Source: Bugula neritina | Taxonomy: Eukaryota; Animalia; Bryozoa | Assembly (NCBI GenBank): GCA_964035545.1 | Contig: OZ037773.1 | Span: forward strand, 1,331,751 to 1,395,750 | Length of the DNA stretch: 64,000 nucleotides | Reading direction: 5' to 3' | Part shown: piece by piece, positions 31,871 to 52,844 of the stretch | Layout of the letters: each line of letters begins with the position of its first letter | How positions within the stretch are numbered: position 1 is the first letter of the stretch | Notes under the pieces: generated by a model | Database searches by the model: none | Told to the model about the DNA's origin: nothing | Seen by the model: the letters and a program-made list of their open reading frames with translations, nothing else | Position numbers and translations under genes: made by a program

Positions 31871-32457
31871 TTAAGGTCGACAGAATCGGTCCAGTAAGTT
31901 TCTGACTTTGTAATCTCCTTCCAAACTCTTCAGCTCACCGCAAGGTACGACCATGTCTGCATCATACGGCCATGGGGTTGTTGGAGTTGTAGGTTTAGGG
32001 GTGGTTGTAGGTGGCACCCAACCTTCTGGCTTTATGTTGCATCTACCTGGTAGTTTAGTTTTAGAGCTATACTTTTAAAGTACATACGATAGCATATCTT
32101 TGATCTACTGTACTATACACATTACACTATGTAATTCTGTGTTATACATCACATTAAACTATTATATACACGCTGTATTACACTATGTTTCACTTTATTG
32201 CATTATGATATTAGACTGTACAGCACTATAATACTAAACTGTACTACACTATTGCATTGCATTCCATAGTGATGGAGTTGCCTCACCTTCTATGCACACA
32301 AGGCTCTCGGCACAACCACAACCTTTATATTCTTCCAGACCTGTTGGCTTGGCAGAGCAAGGTTCTCCCTGCAACCAGAATTATATTATTAAACTGTGAT
32401 ATATAACATATATAACATAATATATAAAACATCACTAGCTACACACACACACACACG

Positions 32458-32532
<75 letters not shown>

Positions 32533-34271
32533 TGCAATATACCATAAAAGTGTATATTAATAATTTATCACGAAATACATCTTGAGAAAGAAATCAATTA
32601 AAACAAAACTTGTGCCCTCTACATAGTATATACCTCTACATAGTATATCCCTCTACATAGTATATCCCTCTACATATTATATACCTATACATAGTATATC
32701 CCTATACATAGTATATCCCTCTACATAGTATATCCCTCTACATAGTATATCCCTCTACATAGTATATACCTCTACATAGTATATCCCTCTACATAGTATA
32801 TCCCTCTACATAGTATATCCCTCTACATAGTATATCCCTCTACATAGTATATACCTCTACATAGTATATCCCTCTACATAGTATATACCTATACATAGTA
32901 TATACCTCTACATAGTATATCCCTCTACATAGTATATCCCTCTACTTAGTATATACCTAATACCTATTGGCCTACAACGTTGTGTGGTAAGCATATGACA
33001 AAGTTCATACATGACAAAATAGTGCTCTTAGAGGTAAGCTTTTTCAACGTTACTGATTGGGTTACATTAAACCTCTCTAGTCTCTAGGGCCTAGACCAGG
33101 GCTGTCCAACAGGTGGCCCCAGGACCGAATGTGGCCCCCAGCCTACATTTATGCGGCCCTCAAAGGCATAACAGATAAAATTATTTTGCAGATGTATACG
33201 AGTTAGAGTGGGAAAACCACCTTTTAAATGCGTCTTATTTTTAAATAGGCCTATGCTAAAAACATGCATCCCAAGTAGCTATCAGGATAGATTTCATTGT
33301 GTAATGATTCATAGAAATTTATAATAAAGTTATTTAAAAATTACTTTAGATGTGGCTCCTAGCCCAAGCTAAATTTTGCAATGTGGCCCTCGCCATGAAA
33401 AGGTTAGACACCCCTGGCCCTAGACTATATGTAATAAACAATTTTTTTGTAGTACCTGGGAATACTCTAATATTTAGAGGAGGTAACTCTTACCACTTGG
33501 TTGTAAGGCAGGCATTTCTTGTTGTAAGAGTAATATGGAGCACCAATTTTAGCATTGCAACATTCTTCAGCTGTACAGCGGTTGTAGCAGCTGCATGTAG
33601 TAAAACATGTATTATATGCAGTACATATATGTAGTAAAACATGTATTATATGTAGTACATACATGTAGTAAAACATGTATTATATGCAGTACATATATGT
33701 AGTAAAACATATATTATATACAATGCATATATGTAGTTTATATATATTCAGCTACGCACATGACTCTACAGAAACCCTTGTATATGATAACTAGTTAATG
33801 GGGAACATAAAGCTATATATATTATATAAGTAATATAACACATATTATAATGCAGGTCTATATAAAAGCTTATATAGACAAGGAAATATATTATATATTC
33901 AACACATTACATCCTGGAAGATTACACATCAAGAGTTTAAACCATTGACTTCCACAGTCAGTTTGTAGCTCAGTTATACTAAAATGTTACATATTAATGA
34001 TTGCCAGCTTATTTTAAACTAGCAGTTTGGCTGTTGCATGCACGCAGCAAAATTCCTTGCAGCTTTTTTATAAGGCGGTATAACTACTTACTGCACATAA
34101 TTGAAAATTAAGCTAAAATAATATCGACTGAGACATACTTTACCACTAAGAGTGTAAATACTGGAGTTATGCACTCACTGTGACCTACCTCCACCCTGGC
34201 AGCAGAAGTGGGGCTGGACAGAGTTGAATTAGAGCAAAAAGTATTAATAGAATAGAACAGTAGGACTTCAT
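31871..34271 (-). CDS. Secreted cysteine-rich protein with prokineticin/astakine/colipase-like 10-Cys domain and Pro/Thr-rich stalk (145 aa)
   Basis: Phase-consistent exons 34271-34189, 33590-33494, 32368-32287 and 32046-31871: MKSYCSILLILFALIQLCPA-PLLLPGWSCYNRCTAEECCNAKIGAPYYSYNKKCLPYNQVGEPCSAKPTGLEEYKGCGCAESLVCIEGRCNIKPEGWVPPTTTPKPTTPTTPWPY...FCRP. Confidence 0.85.
32441..32958. repeat. (CA)n (32441-32528) and 17-bp minisatellite cctctacatagtatat(c/a) (32616-32958)
   Basis: Direct tandem copies. Confidence 0.92.
33097..33416. mobile_element. hAT-type MITE
   Basis: TIRs cagggctgtccaac / gttagacacccctg, internal tgtggccc subterminal motifs, cctagac on both flanks. Confidence 0.8.
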
Positions 34272-35189
34272 TTTAGATTGTAAATCTAAGAGCTGTAGCA
34301 TATGGTAGTCGTGAGAAACAAAACAGCTGGGAAGAAATGCTTTGTTTGTTGACAGTGTCATGTGACGTTGCTACACCCTACAAATTATAACTTTGGTAAC
34401 GAACCATATGGACCTTGCATGCTTGGCGCACTTTACACCCATGATTTAGTGTCGTAAAGTAGTTGGTAATTATATAATTAAATCAGCTTCTCAGTCTAAA
34501 AACTAAAAGCTAGCAACTGATGAGCTAAGTACAACATTCAATGCTTTTAGTTGTAATTTGGGGGTATATATTGATTAGCCTGCATGGCATTAAGTTGTTT
34601 GCATTCTTACACAAGCTACTCGAGCTTACTGGAGATGAAGTGGTTATGCTGTGAATAAATAGCAGTATAGAGCAATCGCAGATTACTCGGTCAGTTATAA
34701 TGAGCCAATCTATAGACAGCCACTATGATGAGGGGGGGGGGGAGGGGCTCTACTAAAAAGATAATTTAATCCGAAGTAATGAACTATAATAGCTACACAC
34801 CTAAAAGGCACCAATTTGTTATGGTTACTGTTATCATGCTCATGTTTTACTGCATACAACCATTAATGCTATAAAGTACCACATGCTTATTGTTTAGTTT
34901 TTTTGCTCAGTTTTTACAATATGGTGATGATAAAAAGAAATCCTGATTGACACAAGAACACTCCTAGTTCATTTGGTGGTGAATCTACACATTTATATGT
35001 TTTAAAACCTGCTTGTGGAATAGTCAGTAATTATCTGTATAAAGAGTAATCACGTATTCAATTGCTATATTCAACACAGTGTAACGTGTTTTCATTTGAC
35101 ACTACTATTCCTCTTCACTGAACTGGAATAATTTACCTTTTCAACACTTCTGCCAAGAACAATTATTTCTGAGTTGTCTTTTCTTTGCA

Positions 35190-35295
35190 TTGAAACCGCG
35201 AAAACTTTCAGATGATTGGTTGGGATTGTCTTTCAATTAGCAAATCATCAGTCGGGAAAAAGAAATGCACGGAAATAGTCAGGTTTAAAATTTGC
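35190..35295 (+). promoter_or_regulatory. Putative cell-cycle promoter of NUSAP1 (E2F-like, CCAAT, CHR-like)
   Basis: ccgcgaaaa at 35196, attgg at 35215, tcgggaaaa at 35252 and tttaaa at 35284, in a locally CpG-retaining stretch 200-300 nt upstream of the ATG. Confidence 0.45.
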
Positions 35296-35497
35296 TGCGG
35301 TTCCCGATAACTGATAAGATAAAATAAGAGTATTACTATTTACTTCTACTACTACTACTAGTACTACTAGCAAGGTTCAACCTAATGCTGAGAGACAAGA
35401 GACAAAGTAAATGTAATGGATAATAATAAAAATTGTTAAGAATAGTATTGTACGTTACTCAAACAATAATATCACTTGCCTAATACTAATAGTAATA

Positions 35498-44302
<8,805 letters not shown>

Positions 44303-45111
44303 GAAAGTGCCATCGTTGCTGACTATGTTTATACAGTTTATTAAACAGTTTAGTTAGTATGTGGAACATGTTATGCCCGTGTTCTAATTATTTTATAAAA
44401 GTTACACTCAGTGATGCCAATCTACTAAACCTTAGAATTCATTTCTGTCTTTTAAATGTCTTGTTAGGAAATAATTGTGATACAGTCTGGCACCAATTTC
44501 TATCCTGGTTTCCCAGCTGGAGATCAGTTTTGTATGTGGGATGACAACTCCTTGTGAGTTTGTAAAGAATAATGTCGTGAATTTTATATTTCATTGTATT
44601 TACATATTTTATTTTATTATTTACACTTGAAAACATTCAATAAATCTGATCCCACTAAGTCAATATTTATTTACCCACTATTCATTTACACTTAAAAGCT
44701 GTATTGGATACAACTTTGTCAACACGTGTAAATCAATCTACCTGGTAAAGTTGGTAAAATGCAAAGTTCAAAGTTTGTCTTTTTCAATTATTTCAGCTAA
44801 GAAAAATTATTGCCCTTTTTCTTTCAAGAGACTTCCTCAAAGTGATGAGACGATTTGGCCACAAATGCCAATATTATATTACAAGATGCTCTTCAGTATG
44901 GCTGTTGCCATGGTAATGTGTCACTCCTGGATGAAACCCAAATACAAGGACTATGCTCATGCCCTCTCACTTGTCATGCAATTTCAGACAGTTTTCCTAC
45001 TGATAGAATGTTACCAGATAGTTGGGATGACATTCTGATTTAGAAGAACTCCTGGTGTCCCGCAATACCACAGACAATGATATTAAGCATTATTGTTGTA
45101 TGTGTCATGAT

Positions 45112-45296
45112 GCTAGTGCTGCACCAGCTCACTAGTCCTGCTAGTGCTGCACCAGTTCACTAGTCCTGCTAGTGCTGCACCAGTTCACTAGTTCTGCTAG
45201 TGCTGCACCAGTTCACTAGTCCTGCTAGTGCTGCACCAGTTCACTAGTCCTGCTAGTGCTGCACCAACTCACTAGTTCTGCTAGTGCTGCACCAGT
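45112..45296. repeat. 28-bp minisatellite (gctagtgctgcaccagttcactagtcct)
   Basis: About 6.5 copies. Confidence 0.9.
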
Positions 45297-46978
45297 TTTC
45301 TAATTACAATATCGGGTAGCAAATGAAATGGGATTGCCAAAATTGCAAGCTAGCAACAAACTGTAGCATGGAATTAGCTATTTCATGACATCATGCATTT
45401 CTATAGGCACCAATTACCCATCTTTTTCAGGTGGCTCATGATTATTATATCTAGTACATTAATTATAACAACCATAGTATAAACTATAAAATAATATGAA
45501 TGCCTATGTAAGTACTGAAAATGTCTAAATAAAGACTCATCACATATTTTATTCATAAATAGTGACTAAAATTATAATAAATCGGTAAAATCAAGTACAA
45601 TATTGGTAAAGTTTGAATTCTAAATTTTCACTAAACTGTGATGCTTTTGGAATTGCAATTTTCTATTTTTCTGTTATATTTTTAATTAATTTATTTTAGA
45701 AAATTTTGCTTTTTCAACTAACCAGTCGTAACCTTTCAACTTTGAAATAGATATTAGTGATATAAAATGTTGCTTCACAACTTCAGAATATTATCCTTCC
45801 ACACACAATCCTGGGATGTAATGATTTAACTCTTTTTCAGCTAGCAGGGAATTTTGAGTCAATTTATTTAAATGATTTTGAGTAAAGTGTTTGTATCTGA
45901 GGCTGTTTTCTCTTTTTATGGAGGGAATAGCGCTTCTTCTGATGCAACTTATCTTTGACATCTGTTAATTAATGGAGTTACAGCCCGTGCCACCCGTGTC
46001 TTAGTATGAGTTTAACCTACATGACTGCAGTCTGTACGCACTGGTACAACATGCTCCACACTGTTTATTATAGAATTTAACTTTGATTTATCATTCTAAA
46101 ACAATTCTGGTAAAGTTCCAATAAAAAAAATATTTAAATGGTTAGTGTATGGTACTGCAAATGCAATCAAGGACTTCCGTGAAAACTCAAGACGTTATTT
46201 TACTATGTTAGAAATTTGAAATTTACAATTAAAATACACTTTTGAGTAGCCAAGTTAATTGTAAGTGTCACTTATAGTTATTTGCCTTGAATTGTAAGCA
46301 GCTTGTAGTAAATATTCTCTAAAAATACTTCATAGCAAACATGATGCGAGGCACTGCATACACCAGTTGTTTTTAATCAATGATTTAAGATTAGTCTAAA
46401 CTCTAAATAATAAACTTTTCTATAGCCTCTCCGTCTGCTGAACTCAGTTCCTGTCTCCCCACGTAATGCCATTGAAATTTCAAAACATTTATGAATAATT
46501 CTTCAAACTGTAACATTCCTAGTGGTTATTTCTCAACATAAATTAATTATTTATAATAAATCAAGTTGTCATAATACCTTGGCAGTCTCTACGTTATACT
46601 TCTAGAGTAATTATGTAATATATCTACAATATGCATTCTGTACTTCTATATGCGTTCTATATATCTATACTCTACACTCTACAGTATTTATTCTATGCCT
46701 CTACAATATGTATGTTGAACTTCTCCATTATGTATGCTATACATCTGCAATATTTATGCTAAGGTAATATAATTAGAGTGATTCTTTGCTGGCACATGTC
46801 TGCGTGATTTATAAATTGATAGAATTCCTTTGGTTATGAGGAAATCTGATGACATCACCAGCTCACACATGTTACCTGTTTACCATCTAATCCTATGTTA
46901 GTACAATGTATACCTCAACCTCTTCATCTCTCCACCTTTTACCCGAACCTCTACACTGTAGTATTGAGTATATCCAGT

Positions 46979-47051
46979 GGTCCCCGTGGTATAATGGTTA
47001 GCACGATTGCTTGCAAGTCGGAGGTCTAGGGTTTGAATCCCGGTGGAGGCA
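46979..47051 (+). mobile_element. tRNA-derived SINE head or tRNA pseudogene
   Basis: A box tggtataatggt and B box ggtttgaatccc at tRNA spacing, but the anticodon stem does not pair. Similar more decayed heads occur at ~23678-23730 (+), ~55590-55645 (+) and ~62153-62210 (-). Confidence 0.65.
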
Positions 47052-49115
47052 AAGATTTTTCATATCCACCTTTTATTCAAAGCTCTAAACTTTCACTTTT
47101 TGACCAGAATTACCTGATTATTGTAGCTAGATAAAACATCACACACCACACTGTGATCTCTTAGTTGGGTGTTCACACACTACACTGTGATCTCTTAGTT
47201 GTGTGTTCACACACCACACTATGATCTCTTAGTTGTGTGTTCACACACTATCTAATGGAATGCTTCAACAGAGGGTGAATAAGTTTTTCAGTAAATGCAT
47301 ATTGTTTATTCACAGGTAATTACTTACTGCCAAAACTTAATTTCCAAGATAGTATTAGCAGGTTTTTAGTAAATGTGCGTTTCCGTCAGATCAATACTCA
47401 ATAGGCTATAATTATTGTTATTGAATATACTTGCACAGTCACACTGGTATTATGTTATTTAAAGTTATAAAGGATAATTTACCCCACAATAGCAATTTAA
47501 AATTCCATTTGAATAGAAATGTGGAAGTCCACTTTTAAATGTACAGGTACTTTAGATTTTGGGCATGCTTCAACCATTATATGTATTTAATCTTGGCCAA
47601 AAAGACTTTTTTTGCTAATTTTGTCAGCACAGTGGTAACAGAGCTGGCTCCACTCCCAAATCTCTCTTAAGTGCTAAGATTTGCACAGATTATCTGCGGG
47701 CGAAGCATCCGGGTGTTTATGGTAATTTATTCTATTTCCTTATACGTAGGTTTAAGCTGACAGCTCCATAGCCATCATGACTATAATGAAGGTGATGCCT
47801 TTCACCATGTAGGCTGGGTTTGAGGAATAGTTTTTATTTTGTTCTGAAGCTTCAATTTACTCTCTTACTAACTTTTAGTAAATCAATAAGGGTTGTATAT
47901 TAGGGCTACCAAGAATACTTTGAATAGTTATAGAACTTAGACTATGAGTTATGTTATTATCACTAGAACACATCAATTTTCAACCAGACATCTGACACGA
48001 AACACAGCTCCTGATTTCCTCTCAATAAATTATCTGAAAATATTTTAAAGAATTTAATTAAACTTGAATTTGTCAAGGAAGTAGAGAATTCCTTGAATAT
48101 CTGCTTGCTTTTTAAGATGGCAAAAACTTCTACTGTTTCTTTGAGACTTTTTTACTAAAAAATTATTGCTTAACATATTTTAAGGGATGAAAAACTTTTG
48201 AAGTTTTATCTTCTATGCTGGTAGTTTTCTAAATTACAGTTTGCACAGTTTGAAGCATTTTGCTTCAACGAAAAATTGTAGAAGTGAATCAGATTTTAGT
48301 TCATGATATTTCTATATTAATTATATTCATATTCCTATATTTTATTAAAGAATATTTCTAAATGCTAGTCAATTTATAAAATTTTACTTTTCAGGCCAAA
48401 TGATGGCTGTAGACATATCAGTGTCTCAAAACAGTAATTTGATGCTAATATTATTAAATCAGCATAGCCTACAGGGTCTGGGTTGACCTCTCATCAAGGT
48501 CATTAGGGTGCCGGAGGCAGCATGAGAATAAAATGCATGAATTTATTTATTTGAAAGCGGTCTCCTTCATTTTGAAATAAACCAAATTGACTAGTCATTG
48601 GTGATGCAGCGTTCAGGTGGATTTTGTTGGTGGTGCGTATTGGTGACTCATAAAGGATTAGGAGAAAACTGAGGGAGGATATATTTTAGTTGATGTAATC
48701 ATAGCAATGACCATCACTGATTCATCTGAACTCCATTCTAAACCCTTAATAATCTCAATAGAGCCTTTACGTGCTAATATACTTGAATTTATAATTAGCT
48801 TTAAGATTCACCTATTAAGTTGTTGATGGGATGAAAAAAATATGATAATGAGATGAAGATTTAGTATGTATCACTCCGTTCATTGCAGCTGTCAATGCTG
48901 TGATGGATAGGGCTCTATTTTAGAATTCTAGCCATAGGTACTTGAAACTTGAATGAGGGTGCCTCGCTTTAAGCCCTATACTTTAGTAATTTCCACCCAT
49001 TAGGTTTCGTGCCAAGTTGGTGATGTACGTAAGTTTGGAGGCGTCAGATGAATGCAGTACTATTTTGCATCAAAACAGTGCTTTGGTGAGGAAATGTGAG
49101 TGAGTGGTGAGAGAT

Positions 49116-49150
49116 TATATAAGCCGATGCAGTGGGGAGTTAGCTCAGTA
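49116..49150 (+). promoter_or_regulatory. TATA box plus initiator of the first TSP1 gene
   Basis: TATATAA at 49116 and TCAGT at 49145, ~90 nt upstream of the ATG. A similar TATATAA at 58688 precedes a non-coding first exon (donor 58761) of the second TSP1 gene. Confidence 0.6.
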
Positions 49151-49235
49151 AACACTTGACTTCAGTCAAAGCAAGTGTAGTTTCTGCAATACAGAAGTTT
49201 GAATAACTATTGACAGTTGGAAACCAATTTCCAAC

Positions 49236-52200
49236 ATGGGTATGTTATTTCAGTTAATAATATTTGGGTATGTTATTTCAGTTAATAATATATTATAATG
49301 GGTATGTTATTTCAGTTAATAATATATGGGTATGTTGTTGGAATTAGATTATTAGTCAATTTATGTTGAATTATTCAGAATTATATTTCATTTATGCAAA
49401 CTATTATATAGCAATACATAATTTTGCTCCTAATTCACATTTTGGTTTCATAGCTAAAATATTAGTGCTGTCCTTAAATGATTTGTTTTAAAGTACATAC
49501 TAAACTAAGCGTTCTAATGAAAAACTGCTAAATAATTTCAATAATTGTTGATCACTGCTGCATGGTTGACACTCTTTATGTTCAAACTGTATTTAGTGGT
49601 TTTGTTGCTTCAGTTCATACTAAATTTAAAATATTAAAGTTTTGGCATATGAATTTATTATTTTGTTTATTTATTTATCATAATCTGAATACAAGTCATT
49701 TTATAAGTTATTTCGCAAGTTGTGTTACGTTTAAAATTTGATATCTTACATTAGTTGAAGATACTAGCATTGTATTGTTAAATCAACACTGCTATGATAT
49801 TTTGACTTTCTTCCACTTACTTACACTTGTGATTTATGTTCTGGTAATGTTTCTAGTTATATATTGTAATCCAAGTAACTATCAAAGAAAGCTTGTATTT
49901 TAGGTGTAAAGAAAGAAAGATCTTCGTTAATCATAGCCATAGGCCTGACCCTCTTGTCCTCCTGCATTGGTAAGTAAACTCAAAACCTACTACTTGTTAT
50001 TTTATACAGTATGCATCTGCAACTAGTTCAATAGAGAAAAGTTTAGTGATATGAAGTTGTAACAGAAACTATCTTTGTTGGTAATAGTCATTAGATGATA
50101 CTTCCTTTTGCATGAGCTAACGTTATTAGATTGTCGGCTAAGTGAATAACAGTTTGGAAAACAATAAAAAAACATTATTCTATTTAGTATGGGAATTATA
50201 TTGTAGAGTGAGCTTAATAGCAATTTGTGTAGCTTGGTGATGCATTGCAATAGTCTAGTAGATACTTTCACACAGCTTTTGTATAGCATTTTTATTATTT
50301 TTTGGTGTTTATTGAAAGGTTTTTGTATTGCAGTTGAAAGCAGCTGGTCTAATTGGTCGACCTTCTCTGCTTGTTCAACATCGTGTGGAGCTGGAGTCAA
50401 AACCAAAACTAGAGTATGCTCACCAGACTATTCATACTATGGTAAATCACCCTGTCCAGGATTGGCAGAAGCAACTGTTCCTTGCAATGTAGACGTTCCA
50501 TGCTCAGTTGATGGAGGATGGACTGCATGGACACCATATGGTGATTGTTCAGCCTCATGTGGTGGTGGAGAAAAGACAAGAACCAGAAGCTGTACCTATC
50601 CTGCACCAGCTCATGGAGGTGCCGATTGTGCTGGGTATAACAGTGAAAGCGTGTCTTGCAATGTAGGTGTTTCATGCCCAGTTGATGGAGAATGGACTGC
50701 TTGGACACCATATGGTGATTGCTCAGCCTCATGTGGTGGTGGAGAAAAGACAAGAACCAGAAGCTGTACCTATCCTGCACCAGCTCATGGAGGTGCCGAT
50801 TGTGCTGGATATAACAGTGAAAGCGTGTCTTGCAATGTAGATGTTTCATGCCCAGTTGATGGAGGATGGACTGCTTGGACACCATATGGTGATTGTTCAG
50901 CCTCATGTGGTGGTGGAGAAAAGACAAGAACCAGAAGCTGTACCTATCCTGCACCAGCTTATGGAGGTGCCGATTGTGCTGGATATAACAAGGAAAGCGT
51001 GTCTTGCAATGTAGATGTTTCATGCCCAGTTGATGGAGGATGGACTGCATGGACACCATATGGTGATTGCTCAGCCTCATGTGGTGGTGGAGAAAAGACA
51101 AGAACCAGAAGCTGTACCTATCCTGCACCAGCTCATGGAGGTGCCGATTGTGCTGGATATCTCAGTGAAAGCGTGTCTTGCAATGTAGATGTTTCATGCC
51201 CAGTTGATGGAGGATGGACTGCTTGGACACCATATGGTGATTGCTCAGCCTCATGTGGTGGTGGAGAAAAGACAAGAACCAGAAGCTGTACCTATCCTGC
51301 ACCAGTTTATGGAGGTGCCGATTGTGCTGGATATAACAAGGAAAGCGTGTCTTGCAATGTAGGTGTTTCATGCCCAGTTGATGGAGGATGGACTGCATGG
51401 ACACCATATGGTGATTGTTCAGCCTCATGTGGTGGTGGAGAAAAGACAAGAACCAGAAGCTGTACCTATCCTGCACCAGCTCATGGAGGTGCCAATTGTG
51501 CTGGGTATAACAGTGAAAGCGTGTCTTGCAATGTAGATGTTTCATGCCCAGTTGATGGAGGATGGACTGCTTGGACACCTTATGGTGATTGCTCAGCCTC
51601 ATGTGGTGGTGGAGAAAAGACAAGAACCAGAAGCTGTACCTATCCTGCACCAGCTTATGGAGGTGCCGATTGTGCTGGGTATAACAGTGAAAGCGTGTCT
51701 TGCAATGTAGATGTTTCATGCCCAGTTGATGGAGGATGGACTGCTTGGACACCATATGGTGATTGCTCAGCCTCATGTGGTGGTGGAGAAAAGACAAGAA
51801 CCAGAAGCTGTACCTATCCTGCACCAGCTCATGGAGGTGCCGATTGTGCTGGATATAACAGTGAAAGTGTGTCTTGCAATGTAGATGTTTCATGCCCAGT
51901 TGATGGAGGATGGACTGCATGGACACCATATGGTGATTGCTCAGCCTCATGTGGTGGTGGAGAAAAGACAAGAACCAGAAGCTGTACCTATCCTGCACCA
52001 GCTTATGGAGGTGCCGATTGTGCTGGGTATAACAAGGAAAGTGTGACTTGCAACGAGGATGTCCATTGTGCAGGTTTGTTTAATCTTTTTGTTGCATTCT
52101 GTTGATAGTTTTGTCAAAACTATTATTCATTCAGTGGTTTTGCACAAACAATTTAAATAATGGCTAAATTTCTATTGCAGTTGATGGAGGCTGGACAGAG

Positions 52201-52844
52201 TGGTCATACTGGACCAGTTGCTCTAACACTTGTGGTCACGGGAAACATGTCAGAACTAGAACCTGTTCATCTCCATCTCCTGCTTATGGGGGTCAAGGTT
52301 GCGCTGGTAGTGGTATAGAATACAAGGCCTGCAAACACAGAAACCCTTGCCCATGTAAGTGCTGATATAGTTTCTTGCCTCTTGCCGAGTTCTCTATATG
52401 GATTTTGTATTTCGAAAACTACTTTCAACATTAATTTACTTTCTGAATTGAGTGGTTGTTATTCTAATAACTGGTTAGTCCTTAAGCAATTTCTTTGTCA
52501 CGAAAACTTCATAATTCTATTGTCGGCTTCTGTTAGTTATTTTATATAGCCTGCTGTTTTTTTGTCTAGCTTCAAAACATATTAGTCATGTCATTTGCTT
52601 TTAACACAAAACTTGTATTCTTGTAGTGGATGGCGGGTGGGCAGATTGGGGAGCCTGGACAGTTTGCGCAGGATCGTGTCATCACGCAATGCAGACACGG
52701 ATAAGGACTTGCTCTCATCCAATCCCACTGTTTGGCGGTGCAAGATGCCCAGGAAAATCTGTGTCTTTTCAATCATGTGACCTCTCAAACACATCTCAAT
52801 GTAGAAGCCACAACCCACACTCATCTTTTGACCCAAGATACTAA
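49236..52844 (+). CDS. Secreted protein made only of 12 thrombospondin type-1 repeats (~733 aa)
   Basis: Exons 49236-49239 (ATG G), 49904-49969 (signal peptide), 50334-52073 (10 TSP1 repeats), 52181-52354 and 52627-52844 (stop). WxxW, CSxSCGGG and RxRxC motifs. AATAAA near 53095. Confidence 0.9.

Noticed and set aside
44751-45043. Short ORFs downstream of NUSAP1
   Set aside because: No motif, non-ATG starts and no linked exons.
46979-47051. Functional tRNA gene
   Set aside because: The anticodon stem is unpaired and the acceptor, D and T stems are mismatched; better explained as a SINE head.
50409-51998. His-rich antisense ORFs (239 and 278 aa)
   Set aside because: Shadow frames of the 174-bp TSP1 repeats, with no independent signals.
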